From: Lama glama
Lineage: Eukaryota
Assembly (NCBI GenBank): GCA_028534125.1
Contig: CM052816.1
Location: 55,306,001 to 55,370,000, forward strand
DNA length: 64,000 nucleotides
Reading direction: 5' to 3'
The position numbers and the translations under genes are program-made. Positions 1-12,900 of the stretch are shown here, piece after piece (positions within the stretch are counted from its first letter, which is position 1; each line of letters opens with the position of its first letter). The notes beneath the pieces were generated by a model. The model did not search any database and was not told where the DNA came from. It saw only the letters and a program-made list of their open reading frames with translations.

Positions 1-179
1 TCATCTGGCTATTTCTGGAAACATTTCTGGCTGTCATGACTGGGGGTGGGGGTGGCATCGAGTGAATAGGGGCCAGGAAGCTGCTGTAAATTCTACAGTG
101 CACAGGACAGTTCTCTCCGTGGCCAAAATAAAAATGATCTGCTCCAAAATGTCAGTAGTGCTGAGGTTGAGAAACCCTG
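1..179 (+). mobile_element. MER20 (hAT-Charlie) DNA transposon, partial
   Basis: ...gtgcacaggacag...ccaaaatgtcagtagtgctgaggttgagaaaccctg matches the MER20 end and aligns to the copy at 6069. Confidence 0.8.
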
Positions 180-559
180 ATTTTCACTGTACTGCTTCAC
201 TCAACCAGGACAATCACTGGAATCAGCTAGAAGCTTTGCACATACCCACATCCTCCAAATTACTGTCTGACAAACGTGCATCTGTATTTAAAAGTGGAGC
301 TGGAGCGTGAATCTGTGGGCCATGATCGCTAGATGTTAGAGTTAAACAAATCTCGCTTTACAGTGTGAAAAACAGAAGGAACTTTCATCTGTGCCATAAG
401 AAGTCTCCAGTGACATGATCTCGTTACTCTACCGACATGATTTTATAAATAAAGACATGTTGCCAAACTGGTTGTGGATTCTCTCTACAGTCCCAGCTAA
501 CCAACAGTCCAAGTGTTGCTTAATAAACAATTTACCATTGTTTAAAAAAAAATACCATG

Positions 560-3110
560 AACTTCCACTTCCAGCCAAGATGCCATTTACAACAGAGATT
601 ACATTTACCTTCCCATCTGAAAAAATAATGACAACAACAGCAACAGCAAAACCTAGATAAAATATACAAAAAACCCGTTTTCAAGACACTGAACACAAAG
701 AAATGAAGGACAGAGATCCTGGGAGACAAAAACAAACACGGTGAGCCTGATGAGTGTTTCCAGCGTGCTGCCTGGCGAGTTTCTAAGCTGTGATGCAGGG
801 AGGGAAAATGCAGGGGACACCCAGCACACTTCCTGAACTCCGGAGACATTGCTCAGAGCTCAGGGAGACCAAGGTGGCTCCATTTTGCCAGATAGAGGAC
901 CAGAGAGGAGAATGCTGTGCAGAGAGAGAACTATAGACATCTGCCAAGGAATCCCCTCAAGGATTCAGCTGAGTACTGGTCACCACCTGCATGTGAGAAA
1001 CCACTGGAGGCTGGGGAAACACCCACCTGAGAAGATTAGAGGTAACAGTGCCCAAAGCTCACACAGGACATGGAAAAATGCTTGTTCCCACCAGCCAGGA
1101 TGGAGAGCCTCATGATTCATGGGACGCTGTGTAGAGCACACAGAGGATCCTGCCTCAGCATCAAAACACAATTAACCCTAGATGAGCACTGGACCAGTCC
1201 CACCTGACATCAAACTCTTTCTAAGTGACTCCATTTCTGAACGAAGCTCAGGAATACACACTGACACAGATGTGGTAATTAGTAAATAAGAAAACTCAAA
1301 GAGTTATTATAACTGTATTCCATATGTTCAGAAAGTTAAGTAGAACTATGGATGATATAAACAAAATTATACAATAGTATATTACAAAGGATAATTATGA
1401 CCAACTGAAATTTACCTTAGGAATGCATGGTAGGTTTATCATTTAAAAATCAGTCAATGTAATTCACTATATCAACAAATTAAAAACAAAGCATCATTTG
1501 ATTATGTCAATTCATGCAAACAAAGGCATTTAACAAAATCCAACATCCACTCAGAATAATAACTTTTAGCAAACTAGGATTAGAAGGGAACTTCCTCAAC
1601 TCAAAGTAAAAGACATCTACAAAAACCTACAACTTACGTCATACCTAATAGTGAGTGTTTTCTCCCCAAGGTTAGAAACAAGTTGTTCTCATCACTTACA
1701 TTCAACATTGTACTGAAGGTTCTAGCCAGTGGAATAAATAAGGAAAAAGTAATAAACTGTACCCAGATTAGAGAAGAAGTACAATTGACTTTATCACTGA
1801 GGACATAATAATATAGAGTACTGATGCATTCATCTGTGTGGACTCTCCAAAGTCTGAGAGCTGAACATTATCCAATTACAAGACTTATTATAAAGCTACT
1901 ATATTCAAGACAGTGTGCTGTTGGTGGCAAGACAGACAAATACATAAATGGAATAGAGAGTCCAGAAACAGACTTACCCAAGTATGGAAAACATTTTCGA
2001 CAAAGATATAAAGGCAAAACAGTGGAGAAAAGACAGTCTGGAAAAATCTAACAGTTTGGTACTAAAACAACTGGGTATCTATAGCAAAAAATAAACTTGA
2101 AATCCATACCTTACACCATATGCAACAATTGGATCACAGACCTAAATGTAAAACTTAAAATTGCAAATATTCTTGAAGAAAACAGGAGAAATCCTTTGTG
2201 ACCTTTGGTCAGACAACATTCCTTAGATGTAACCAAAAGTATGATCAATTAAAGAACAAACTGATAAATTGGATTTCATTAAAATTTAAAACTGCAGTTT
2301 CTAGCAAGCACTGTTAAGAAAATGAAAAAGCAAATGACAAATTGACAGAAAAATATTTTATAATCATGTATTTGATAAAGGACCTTATATCTAGAATACA
2401 CAAAGAATTTTCAAAACTCAGTAAGAAAGCAAAGAACCCAATTTTTTTAAGAGCAAAAGATTCAAAAAGACTCTATACCAAATAAGATATACAGATAGAA
2501 AATAAATACATGAAAAAATGCTCAATATCATTAACCATTAGCGAAATGCAAACTAAAACCACAACAAAATGCCACTACATATCTATTAAAATGGCTAACA
2601 TGAAAATTATTGATTGTACCAAATGTTGGCAAGAATATGGAAGGAACTGGAAATCTCATACACTGTGCCTGGGAGAGACGATTATACAACCAGCTTGGAA
2701 AACAGTTGGTAGCTTTTTTGAAGTTATACACCTATCATTAGACTTAGTCATCCCCTTCTTTGGTATTTCTCCCAAAGAAATAAACATATGTCCATGCAAA
2801 GATCCATACATGAATATTTAGAGCAGCTTCATCTGTAATAGCCAAATGCTGGAAACAATACAAATGTCCACCCACAGGTGAATAGTTAACCAAACTTTCG
2901 TATATCCATGCGATGGAAAACCACCCAGTAATAAAAGAAATGGACTACTGGCAAACATTACAATATAGATAAATCTTAAAGTTATTATTCTGAGTGTAAT
3001 AAGCCAAATTTTAAAAAGTGTTCATGCTGTATGATTACATTTATGTAAAATTCTGAAAAATGCAAGCTAATCCATAGCGGTAAAAAGGAGATCAGGGGTT
3101 GCACTTTGCG
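560..3110 (+). mobile_element. Old L1M-type LINE, internally deleted: 5'UTR, ORF2 remnants and 3'UTR
   Basis: 5' end cttccacttccagccaagatg. ORF2 remnants include YSRQCAVGGKTDKYINGIESPETD and MKKCSISLTISEMQTKTT...CTKCWQEYG...PAWKT. L1 3'UTR ends near 3100. Confidence 0.8.
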
Positions 3111-5364
3111 TGTGTGGTTTGTGATTCTGCTTTATGAGATCGCTTTCTGGGTTTGCTTTTGTTTTTTCGTTTTTCCCTTTACGAGTCTAATTTACTCCCA
3201 ATCATGAAAGTATTTCCACTTAGTAGTTTCTGCTTTGCTTTGATTCTGCTGAGGGCTACACGTAAAGGGTTTCACTTCTCTAAAATGAGTTTTGTTTGTT
3301 TTCTGGAGGTACAGAATTGATGTTTTGATTTCTCACAGGACATTTTTTCCCTCTAAAAGCCCTAGCAAAAGGCATACTTCTTCATCTTTTATCTGTGTTG
3401 ATGGGAAAGTGAATTACTTCTTATCGTTGAGGGAACACAGTCTAGAGTCCCAGCCTTCTGCAAATGGCCTTGGGTCCAGTTTCATACCCCGGGCAGGCTC
3501 CAGACTCCTTTTTGGTACCCATGTTCTTGCTAAAGCCCAATCCTCAACCACAGCCCCCGCTGTCAGGGCAACTGTCCACATCCAAGTCCAGGTCCCTGAG
3601 GCAACTGTTCACTGGTACAGCTTTGAGGTGTTTGCCTTTCTTCACTTTCCACTAGAGATTTCTATCTACTTTGGATGCGGCTGTCTTTAAAATATTTTCT
3701 TTGTTGTATTTGAGCCAATATTTCCATGTATTTCCAGTGGGAGGATACAGTGGCAGAGTCTGTTTTGTCCTGTTACTCTGTGTGTACTTGTCTAAGTGCC
3801 TCAGCTAGACTGTAAGGACCCTGGAGGGTTGGGGTCATGTCTTAGACCTTTTAGCACTCAATCTCCTACCTACTAGATCCTCAAGAATTATTTTATGGTG
3901 AATAGTACTGTGCTGGGCTCACCAATGTTCATTGGCTGGAGGGTGAATAAACGTAAACGGGAAAAAAGTCTTATTTTGTACGCTTCATTGCATCTAACGC
4001 AGTACCACCTACAGCCTTCTTTTAATAGCACTTCAGGGCTTTGTGTGTGTGCATGTGTTTAATTTCTACTTGAAATATTTTTGCATTTTTAGATTAACTG
4101 TTCTCAATTTTTTTCACACCCAATACACCTGAAGTAGACTATCATTTCCAGTTGTAACTGGCTTACCTACTTGTCACTTTGGGTTGCAATGGGTGAGACG
4201 GCTTACAAAAGAACATATCAGAATGCTGGGAGAGATGTGGAGTTTTAAAACTCCTTCTCCACCCAACTCCCACCATTCTGGTTGAAAGTCACTGCCTTAG
4301 CCATCCAGGGAAACTTCTGAAAAGTTCTCATCTAAGCTAAAATTTCCCAATGTTCATTATTCATTTTTGCATCAACACATGTTTGGAACAGTCAGGCATG
4401 AAGGAGCTTTAATGTTTCGACTGGCTTCCCCAAAGCCATCCAGAAGCCTAATGGAGTAATACAGCACATTTGGGCCATCTGACTCATTTTTCTTAATGTG
4501 CTATTACACACACAAGCTCTTGGTCACCATAAGGCACTTCTCTGGGTATCCAGCTGCAAGTATGTATTAAACAGTGTTGCAAATCATGCATGTAGAAATC
4601 AATGGGCCTAATGTCTCAATACAGGGAATAAAGACTTGGATTTTTTTTCAAAAACACAGAATTTTACCAGATGTGATATTTCAGGGATGTTTTCCTAATA
4701 CAACCACTGTCTTACAGGGGAAGGATTTCCTATGTGATATGATGCTTAAGGTGTTAGGCAGAGCTTCTAAAAGCCCTGCTTCCTTCTGCGATGGATAAAC
4801 AGCCCAGCAGTTTGTGAAAAGGCATTATGCCATCTGAACATACTAGTCCCCTGGCTACCTCGCTCAGACTATCTATGCACTGTCTTGCTGAATGTTTGCT
4901 GGCTTAATTCCCAGCCAGGAATGCCCCACAGCCATCTGCTCTATCTGTGGCACCCTGCCTATGTGCCAGGGGGATAGAAATCTCTCCCCAAGTACTGCTT
5001 AGGTGTTTGGACTTCTATAGAAAAGCAATGTAGAAAAATTATGTGCTCAAGGCACGTGGGCTGTTTCTGTGTTGTGATATTTTATTATATTCTGCTTTCC
5101 TGCATTTTTTAACTGACTCTACTAGTTGTAAACACGCACAGATGGGTGTGGAGGGACGAAGGAAGAACGGCTGCCTGAGGGTAGTGATGGGTAAAGGGAA
5201 AGCCCGGAGTGAGGAGCTATATCCTACCTCTGCACTACCTTTAATTGAAGGCTTTGAGCAAGTTACTTCTAGCTTTTATTTTCCTTATATTAAAAAAGAA
5301 AGGCTTTCCCACAAGCTTGAACTTAAAAAATGGCAAAAATTGTAGCATCAGAAAATAAATCCAA

Positions 5365-5488
5365 GGGGGAGGTTATAGCCCAGTGGTAGAGAGCACGCTT
5401 AGCATGCACAAGGTCCTGGGTTCTATCCCCAGTACCTCCGTTAAAAATAATAATAAATAAGCCTAATTATATCCCCCTCTACCAAAAG
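5365..5488 (+). mobile_element. tRNA-Ala-derived SINE (camelid Vic-1-like)
   Basis: tRNA-like head ggggaggttatagcccagtggtagagagcacgcttagcatgcacaaggtcctgggttctatccccagtacctcc with A/B boxes and AGC anticodon, followed by aataaataagcctaatta..cccc tail. Confidence 0.85.
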
Positions 5489-5489
5489 A

Positions 5490-6065
5490 ATCTGAAAGAT
5501 AAACAATTGACTGCAAAACAAAAGCAAAAACGCAACCAACCAAACTATTAGTAATACTTAGGGAAAAGAGTTAATGTCAATAACAAACAGCTCCTACAAA
5601 TTGGTGAAAATAAAAAACACAGATAACCCATAAAAACAGTCAAAGGACATGACAGGTTTCATGGAATATGAAAAGTAAATGACCAATAAAGAAGTGACAA
5701 CATGCTCACAAATGGTCAGAAAAATTAAAAAGCAATGCAGTATTGGGACACCAATTTTTTCTATGCACCTGACTAGCAAATAGGAAAGAAAAAAAAGAAT
5801 ATTTAATAACCGGTGCTGGTGAGAGTGGAGGGACACTTTCGGACACTGTGGTAGGAATTTGGATTTGTGCAAGCTCTTAGGAAAGTAACTCGACAACATT
5901 TATTAACTCCCCCAGCAATCTTGTTTGTGGTGATCCATCCCACAGAAAACATAAGCAATATTGTATAAAAATACATAGGTGGACATTTTTACTGGAGAGT
6001 TGAAGAGAAAAAAAAAATAACCTGAATCTCCATCAATAGAGAAATGGTGGAATAAATTATTCTAT
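5490..6065 (+). mobile_element. Degenerate L1ME-type ORF2/3' fragment
   Basis: A-rich, with L1 motifs such as ccatcaatagagaaatggtggaataaattat. Confidence 0.55.
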
Positions 6066-6068
6066 TTC

Positions 6069-6270
6069 AGTGGTTCCCAACTGGGAATGATTTTGCTCCT
6101 CAGGGATACTGTGCAATATCTGGAGATATTTTTGATTGTCACAGCTGGGGGCTACTGGTATCTAGGGGGTAGAGGCCAGTGATATTACTTAACATCTTAC
6201 AATGCACAGGACAGCCACCCCAAACAAAGAATTATCTGGCCCAAAATATCAATAATGCTGACGTTGAGAG
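6069..6270 (+). mobile_element. MER20 DNA transposon, near full length
   Basis: cagtggttcccaactggg...acaatgcacaggacagcc...ctggcccaaaatatcaataatgctgacgttgaga. Confidence 0.85.
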
Positions 6271-6874
6271 ATGTGCGAGGGTATGTGTATGCAATGAAGG
6301 TGAATCCCTGAGAGAAGTTAAAATATTTAGAATAATCTTAATATTCTATTTTAAAAAATATATTAGGAAAGAACTCCAAACACACACACATACGCATATT
6401 TGCATGAGCATGGTGTAAAGTAGGGAAGCATTTTTACCAAACTGGTAACACTGTTTACCTTGGGAAGGACCAGGAGGAGAGGTATGGGAAGAAATACTGC
6501 CCCCCCTCCCCCTCTGCTCACCCAACACATACAAACACACATGAGCTCCTAGTCTCCTGTTTTAGGATGGTTGGATTGGAATCATATGGGACTGCTTTTA
6601 AAATTTTGTATTTCCTGACCACAGTTTAGATTTCTTGGATCAACACCATGGATCTCAACATTTCAAAAGCTTTTGGGTCCCCCTCCACCGCCAAACTGTC
6701 CTTCAGAAAAGATGTAGCTGACTTCTATTTAAGTTCTTACAAAGTGTCTCCTGCCATGCGGGCTCTCTCAATTACTTAATTTTGGCAGCAAAGTCATGTT
6801 TGGGGGAAGATGTAGTAGCCTGAAAGCCAAGAACAGTGTTTATAGAGGTCATCTAACAGAATCTCATTACGTCC

Positions 6875-7070
6875 TCACAAGGCAGGGAGAGGGAGCTCTG
6901 CCCACTTCATCCCCTTATAAGGGCACCTAACCCATCAGAGGGGCTCCACTCCCACGACCTCATCCAAACCCAATTAACTCTCAAAGGCCCCACCTCCGAA
7001 AACCATCACATTAAGGATCAGGACTTCAGCATGTGAACTTGGGAGGGACACAAACATTCAGTCCATTACA
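6875..7070 (-). mobile_element. MLT1 (ERVL-MaLR) LTR fragment
   Basis: ttataagggcacctaaccc...aaggccccacctcc...ggacacaaacattcagtccattaca, typical of an MLT1A/B terminus. Confidence 0.75.
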
Positions 7071-7176
7071 ATGGCCCTGCAATGAGCAAGTACCTCATGC
7101 CTTTGCCTTCTGAGGTAAGACGAAGTTTCTTAGCAGAGGATTATATTTTAGCTGGTGCGAAGGAGAGAAAGAGAAA

Positions 7177-8047
7177 TTTTTTGTTGTTGTTTGTTTTTTA
7201 GAAGCAGGTATGGAGAGTATTTTTATTAGATTTGTAACATTTCTCTAAGAGCATAAAATAGTAACCAGTTACATGATTCAGCTTAGGAATATGTATTTTA
7301 TACAATTTATAACTCTTCACAAATAGAAAGTCAGTAAATACAATGTGCTGAATCTATGCTGATTCAATTTGAGGAAACTTTAGTATAAACAAGTTTAACA
7401 AAATCCTTTAGATGTAATTTCTTTTGGGTTTACTGCAACACTTTCCGTTATATTGTATTTCTTGTAAATTCCAGTAAGTCCATCTGAAATCTCAAACATA
7501 TTATTTTGAAGAGAAATTATTATGAACTGGTCATTTGGAGATTTTGTTTGTTCCTATCTATAAAATGCAACAATGGACACATTTTTTTAAATTGAAGTAC
7601 AGTCAGTTATAATGTGTCAACCTCTGGTGTACAGCACAATGTCCTTCCCAGTCATGCATATACATACATATATTCATTTTCATATTCTTTTTTATTAACA
7701 ATGGACACATTTTTGAAATCAAGGGCTGCATCAGTCTCATCCATGACGTACAGGGGAGTGAGTTTGCAGTGATGAAGAGCAAATACTAAAGCCAATGAAC
7801 TAAGCATTTTCTCTGCTCCTGACAGGTTGGAGATCTTTTTCCAACTTTTCTTAGGTGGTCGAACACTGAACACGATTCCTTCAGAGAAAGGATCCAAGCC
7901 ATCTATCAACTCTAGTTCAGCCTCACCTCCCAAAGCAAGCATTTGGCAATTTTCCTTTAATTTATTTGTTATTACATAAAAGCCTGCCATGAATTCACTA
8001 AGCCTTTGTTCCAAAGATTTTCATATGCCTGTCTGAAATCATCTCAG
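7177..8047 (-). pseudogene. SMC4: SMC4 (condensin subunit) processed pseudogene, 5'-truncated; C-terminal ATPase head, 3'UTR and poly(A)
   Basis: Minus-strand translation: DDFRQAYENL/QRLSEFMAGFYVITNKLKENCQMLALGGEAELELIDGLDPFSEGIVFSVRPPKKSWKKISNLSGAEKMLSSLALVFALHHCKLTPLYVMDETDAALDFKNVSIV, then an L1 insert, then AFYR*EQTKSPNDQFIIISLQNNMFEISDGLTGIYKKYNITESVAVNPKEITSKGFC*. This matches the recalled mammalian SMC4 C-terminus. No introns. Frameshift near 8010, in-frame TAG near 7555, natural stop at 7395-7397, AATAAA at 7222-7227 (minus), decayed poly(A) at 7177-7199. Possible degenerate TSD agaaagagaaatt (7166-7178) / agaaaggggaatt (8046-8058). Confidence 0.95.
7587..7696 (-). mobile_element. Young L1 3'-terminal fragment inserted in the SMC4 retrocopy
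   Basis: Flanked by a perfect 18-bp direct repeat AACAATGGACACATTTTT (7569-7586 and 7697-7714). Body resembles the L1 3' ends at 41255, 42808 and 44052. Confidence 0.9.
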
Positions 8048-9511
8048 AAAGGGGAATTGTTATGTGATGGTTCTAGCAGGTGGTATAGTGAAAACACTCT
8101 GCAACGCTAACTCAATTTGCTGTGATATGTGAGATGGCACTGGTGAAAAAAAAAAACAGCAGTGTAGGTCAGAGGCTGGGCCTTGTGATGCTGCTGTGTC
8201 TACTGTTCTGTTCTCGCACCTGCCACCCATGAAAGGTCAGATACTTGGGAAGGTACTTTGAAATTTTAAGGCCAAGAGGGCATCTGTTGATGCACCAGGT
8301 AAGCTGAGAAAAGCAAATCATCGCTTAGTGCGCTAATGACGCTGGTGAGGGAATGCAGCTGTTAGGCATTAAGCACCAGGAAGAGTGGGAGGCACAAGAG
8401 ATCTGTCTTGGTGAGCCTGCAATCTCTCAGCCTAGCCTCGCCAAGGCTACAAAATGGTATGCAGCACATCACTTTGACCTTGGCTCCCTGTTCTGTTCAG
8501 TGGGATTGTTAATGCCCGCTGAAGTCCTTGTTAATGAAGAACAAGGACTAGAAATGATCCAAGAAAGGCTGAAGAAGACATAAAATGGTTTTAATAAATT
8601 CAGTGATTTTAAGGATGTTTATTTTTATTTTAAGAACAAGATCAAATCACTTTTATTCACCTACAAGATCTTAATACAATGAACGTCCAGTTAAAAGCTT
8701 TCATCGTGATTCAGTATCAAGGCATTTTTGAATATTAACTTATGAAACTAAAAACTTCCAAGGGATTCATGGGATGAAATGAAAGATAGAGAAATTTCAA
8801 ATGGATTATCAGAAAAAAAATCCTCTCAATTATAAAATGACTTTCCAGGAGTGCAATGAAACTGCTATTACTAGGACAAATAAATACATAAAGGATCCTT
8901 AGACCTGTCCTGCATCACTTGTAATTTCATATTTTTCAAATTAAGTTCAGTTTCCCAAATATTAATTAGGCTCTTACCATGTATAGGGCATCTTGCTAGG
9001 TGCTGAGGCTAGTGAGATAAATGTGAAACAGGAGAAGATAGGACATGAGAGTTGCCATGAAGGCAGCTAATGGGATTGATAAAAATCAATCTGTATCGTT
9101 GTAATTGAATAGAAACACGATGCTACTAATGGCAAAATGCAATTTGTTTCTAGAACGAACAAACAATTGTTATGATCAAACATTCCCTTCTTTCTATGCT
9201 TAGAAATGTTGCTTTAAACTCAAAATTCATATATTGAAGTTTCATAAAATAGAAGAAATCAAGTCACTGAGTATTCATGGTAAATATATGGATTCAAGAA
9301 TTTAACAATTTGACATAAGTTGTATTATTATTTATTGGGGTAAATAAAAACTGTAAAAAAAAAAACCTTATTAATCTTATTAAAAAAAAAACACTGCTGT
9401 CTTATGCCCTTTTTGGCCAGATACCTAACCAATGGCCTCAGACCATCAGCTGAAAAACCAAGCCAGTCACTGGAATAGACCAATGATTTCTTCATGTATC
9501 TACTGTACTCA

Positions 9512-10540
9512 CTATATTAGTTAGATTAACATTAGCTGCTGAACAAATTAATTTTAAAATTTTAGTGTCATGACACAATAAAATTTTATTTCTTGCTCAC
9601 TTTCCAGTCCAATGTTAGTGTTTCTGGTTAGTAGTAGCCTTCAGTATGGTCATTCAGAGACCCGGGTTCCTTTTATCCTGTGCCTTTGTCTCTTGTAGCA
9701 TCTCAGAATCTCCTGCATTCAGCAGGCAATGTGGAACGGGAGAGTGTGGGAAAAGCACACCTGCTTTCTTAACGTGTCCTGGCCTATGAGAGACACCTAG
9801 CATTTTACTCACATTCCACTGGAAAACCGTCACCTGGCCATACCTAAATGCAAGGCACACTGGGAAATACAGTCTAGCCCGGTGCTGAGGAGGTGGAGAT
9901 GGAGGAGGAGAGGAGTCAGTTTGGTTAACGGCTAGCCACACTCCACCCTTTGGGTCCTCCCACAAAGAGAACACACTCAGTTGCAAGGGAAAGAAAGTCC
10001 CAGTCACTGATTCCAGGGCTAAGTCCAGGGTCTCTAGGTGATGAACTGCCCTCACCATCAGGTTTATATGTGCTACCTAAGGATCCAGTCACCTCTGAAC
10101 TAAAAGAGAGATTTTTCTGCCACTCCATTCTGTCCAACATACAATGGTTGAACAGGGACAGAATAACAGTAATAAAACTCCCGTCCAGAATAATGAAGAA
10201 TGGAAACATACTATGGTCTCTCATCCATAGCAATGATGAAATCCTACAGACATTTGTGAGGTATCCTGTGACTTGGGTAGGGAGAGTCCTTTGATGTGAC
10301 CCAGATTCTTCATTCTGGAAGGAACCCCCTTGCCCACCATTCTTCCTGGCCCCTTCATGAACTTCTTCCTTCTCTGTCATCCTCCATGGCCATGTCTGAA
10401 ATAGGCACCGAAGGCTGTGCCTTCCTAGAAAGCCACACAGCCCACCTGGAGCTAGTGGAAGCTCACAGCCTCAAAGGTTGTTGTAAAACTGTAATAATCA
10501 AAGGTTTTTCATTCTGAGCTCATAGTTTTTTGGCAATACA
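9512..10540 (-). mobile_element. MLT1-type LTR plus adjacent MaLR internal sequence
   Basis: tattagttag...tttatttcttgctcac...gtcattcagagaccc...cacctggccatacctaaatgcaagg LTR, followed by MLT-int-like sequence. Confidence 0.6.
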
Positions 10541-12299
10541 ATTCCCACAAAATCTTAGTAGGCTTTGGATTGTTTTTTTGCCACTACGTTGTGGGTTGTT
10601 ACACTGCCTTGTTAACTGGAACATTATCATAGACTTAGCTCAATGACGTGGCTCATACATCCTTCCATTCTAGAGTCTATCCCTAAAAATGTAGTGTAAT
10701 CCCACTATTTACTTGTATGTAAAGAATTTGCATGGACATCCAATTATCCATGTCAACATTTCTTCAGATCCCTTTCCCTTCCCTCATGTTATACTGTCTT
10801 TTAAACTTTCTTCTTTACCCTCCCCTTTTTACCAACATTCTCTTAGTTTTCTCCGTTTGTATGGCCTTCTGCTTTGCTTCTCTTTTCCCTCTAATTTTTC
10901 TCTTATTCATGCATAAAAAAGATAAATCCTTCACCCCAGGTTCTTGGGTTTTCTTACCCAATTAACCGAACTTATATAAGGCCCAGAACACTATAGGAAT
11001 AGGGATATAAAGCAAGTAAACCCCAGACTTGACACTGAAGGTAGAGTGAAGGAAATGAGGCAAATAATACTCTTGCAGGAATAATTTTTTCCCCATGGCC
11101 TTTGCATGTTTATTATCTTTCTCTACTGCCTCTCTTCCCTGAAGGAACACACACATGTTTACTCAACACAGCGCTGTTGCCCATCGTTCTTTATTTCACC
11201 ATCATCTCGAAAGGAGGGCATATCCCTCTTTTTTCCATTTCTGACACTCCATTTACTTCTCAACCCATTGCAATATAGCGTCTGCCCTCACACGCCTATC
11301 AGAATTCCTCTAAGACCACCAAATGGTCAGCAAATTGCTACAATCAGTAGTCTCTCTGGAAAACGGGATACACTGATGCTGTCCCCTGGAAACTTTAGTT
11401 CCTGACTTCCAGAACCTCATTTCTGCTGCTCTTTCCTCTTTTTGTTCCACAGATGAAGCAGTGATCCTGCCATTGATTCGATTCTCTAATGCTAGTCGCC
11501 TCTCTCTCTTAGTCTCCTTTTCCTCAAGAAAATTGGGACAAATTCCCCGAGAGTAGGTGAGAGTTTAATTAAGTGGCAACTCCTGATGCCACACTGAAAG
11601 AGGATCTCTGCTACAAATCGGAAATCCACAAGAGCCTCCAAAATCCTCAATCTTTTACCTATTTCACATTGAGTTTTCTATTTATACAGCATTGCACAAA
11701 GAATGGCAGTAGTTTTATCTCCCTGTTTATTTGTGGAGTTTAATCCAGTCTTTGGGGCACCAATTATCAGTTTAAAACCTCTTAGAGTTGATGTACAAAT
11801 ACGGTTTCTCCTTTGAATTAACACTCAGAGTTCTTGCAAAAAAAAGAGACATACCAACCTCTTTAACACTCTTCCCTTAACTTCCTTCTCCTGCCCTTTG
11901 CCATGCCTAATGCAGTCATTAAAATAGCCAACTTTACTGCATATCCTATTACCTTTGACACACTATTGGAAAATCAACTATTGGCCTGAAAATGGTAGAT
12001 TCATTCTCTATGATTCACATGTTGTAGAATTTGGATCTTAAAATTCAAGCAACATCTTACAGATATCACTGTTTTAATTAATGCCATTCCACAAAAACCT
12101 TTTCAAAAACATAGTAATTTTTCTATTTTTTTCCTTTAAAAATACCTTTACACTCATATTATTAGGAAGACATCTATGGAGATCATACTTCTTGAAATTA
12201 GAAGGGAACCATAGGCCCTGAGATTAGGATTATATGAGAAAATGTTCTTACTCTTTAGTAAAGAGCTGTATCAACTCCTGTCTCAAGTTACAATTTGGT

Positions 12300-12900
12300 A
12301 TATGAAGGAACTAGAGCTGAAGACAGATTTCAAGCGTAATTTGAGAGTTAAGTTGCAGAGAACAGTGTCCACTGTTCCTAGTTTAAGATGGAGGGATTTA
12401 TTACACTCTGTTAAATGGTTTCAGAATCACTGCAACAGCTGAAGAACAAGATTCTTGGGTGAGTTCTCAGGGACAGTCCTAAATTCACCCAATAGAACTG
12501 GATCACCCAGAGACCTGCTACCTCTTCTATAATCAGAAAGCCACCAGTTCCAGAACAATGCTACCACCGCCACAATCAGGTGGCAGTATAAAATCACGAG
12601 CCTGCCACACCACAACCATACACATGAGCAAAATGGATGCCTCATGCCCCACCTCCCAAAACCCACACAACTTGTGACTGGACACTGGGCTCATAAGCCC
12701 TACAAACTGAGCTTTTTGGCAGAAACAGCAGGATCAGTGTGGCCTTCCCGTCACTGCCACTTTCCAAATCTTGCATGAGTGCGTCTGACTGGCACCTAAG
12801 TCACATCCAGAAGCTCAGCTGCAAGGAAATCTGGGAGAAGGAGACATTAGCCTTCCTCTTAGCTTCTTATCCACCCTACCTGGTTAATATGGAAAAAATT
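12300..12900. mobile_element. Old LTR-like element (family uncertain)
   Basis: tctgactggcacctaagtcacatccag...agctgcaaggaaatctggga resembles old MaLR/ERVL LTRs. Confidence 0.4.

Noticed and set aside
5365..5437. tRNA-Ala gene
   Set aside because: Mutated boxes and a SINE tail; the sister copy at 15218 has a TSD.
7652..8014. 120-aa ORF as a functional SMC4 gene or exon
   Set aside because: Non-ATG start created by a frameshift, altered ATPase motifs, L1-derived tail, downstream stop codon and poly(A) all indicate a retropseudogene.
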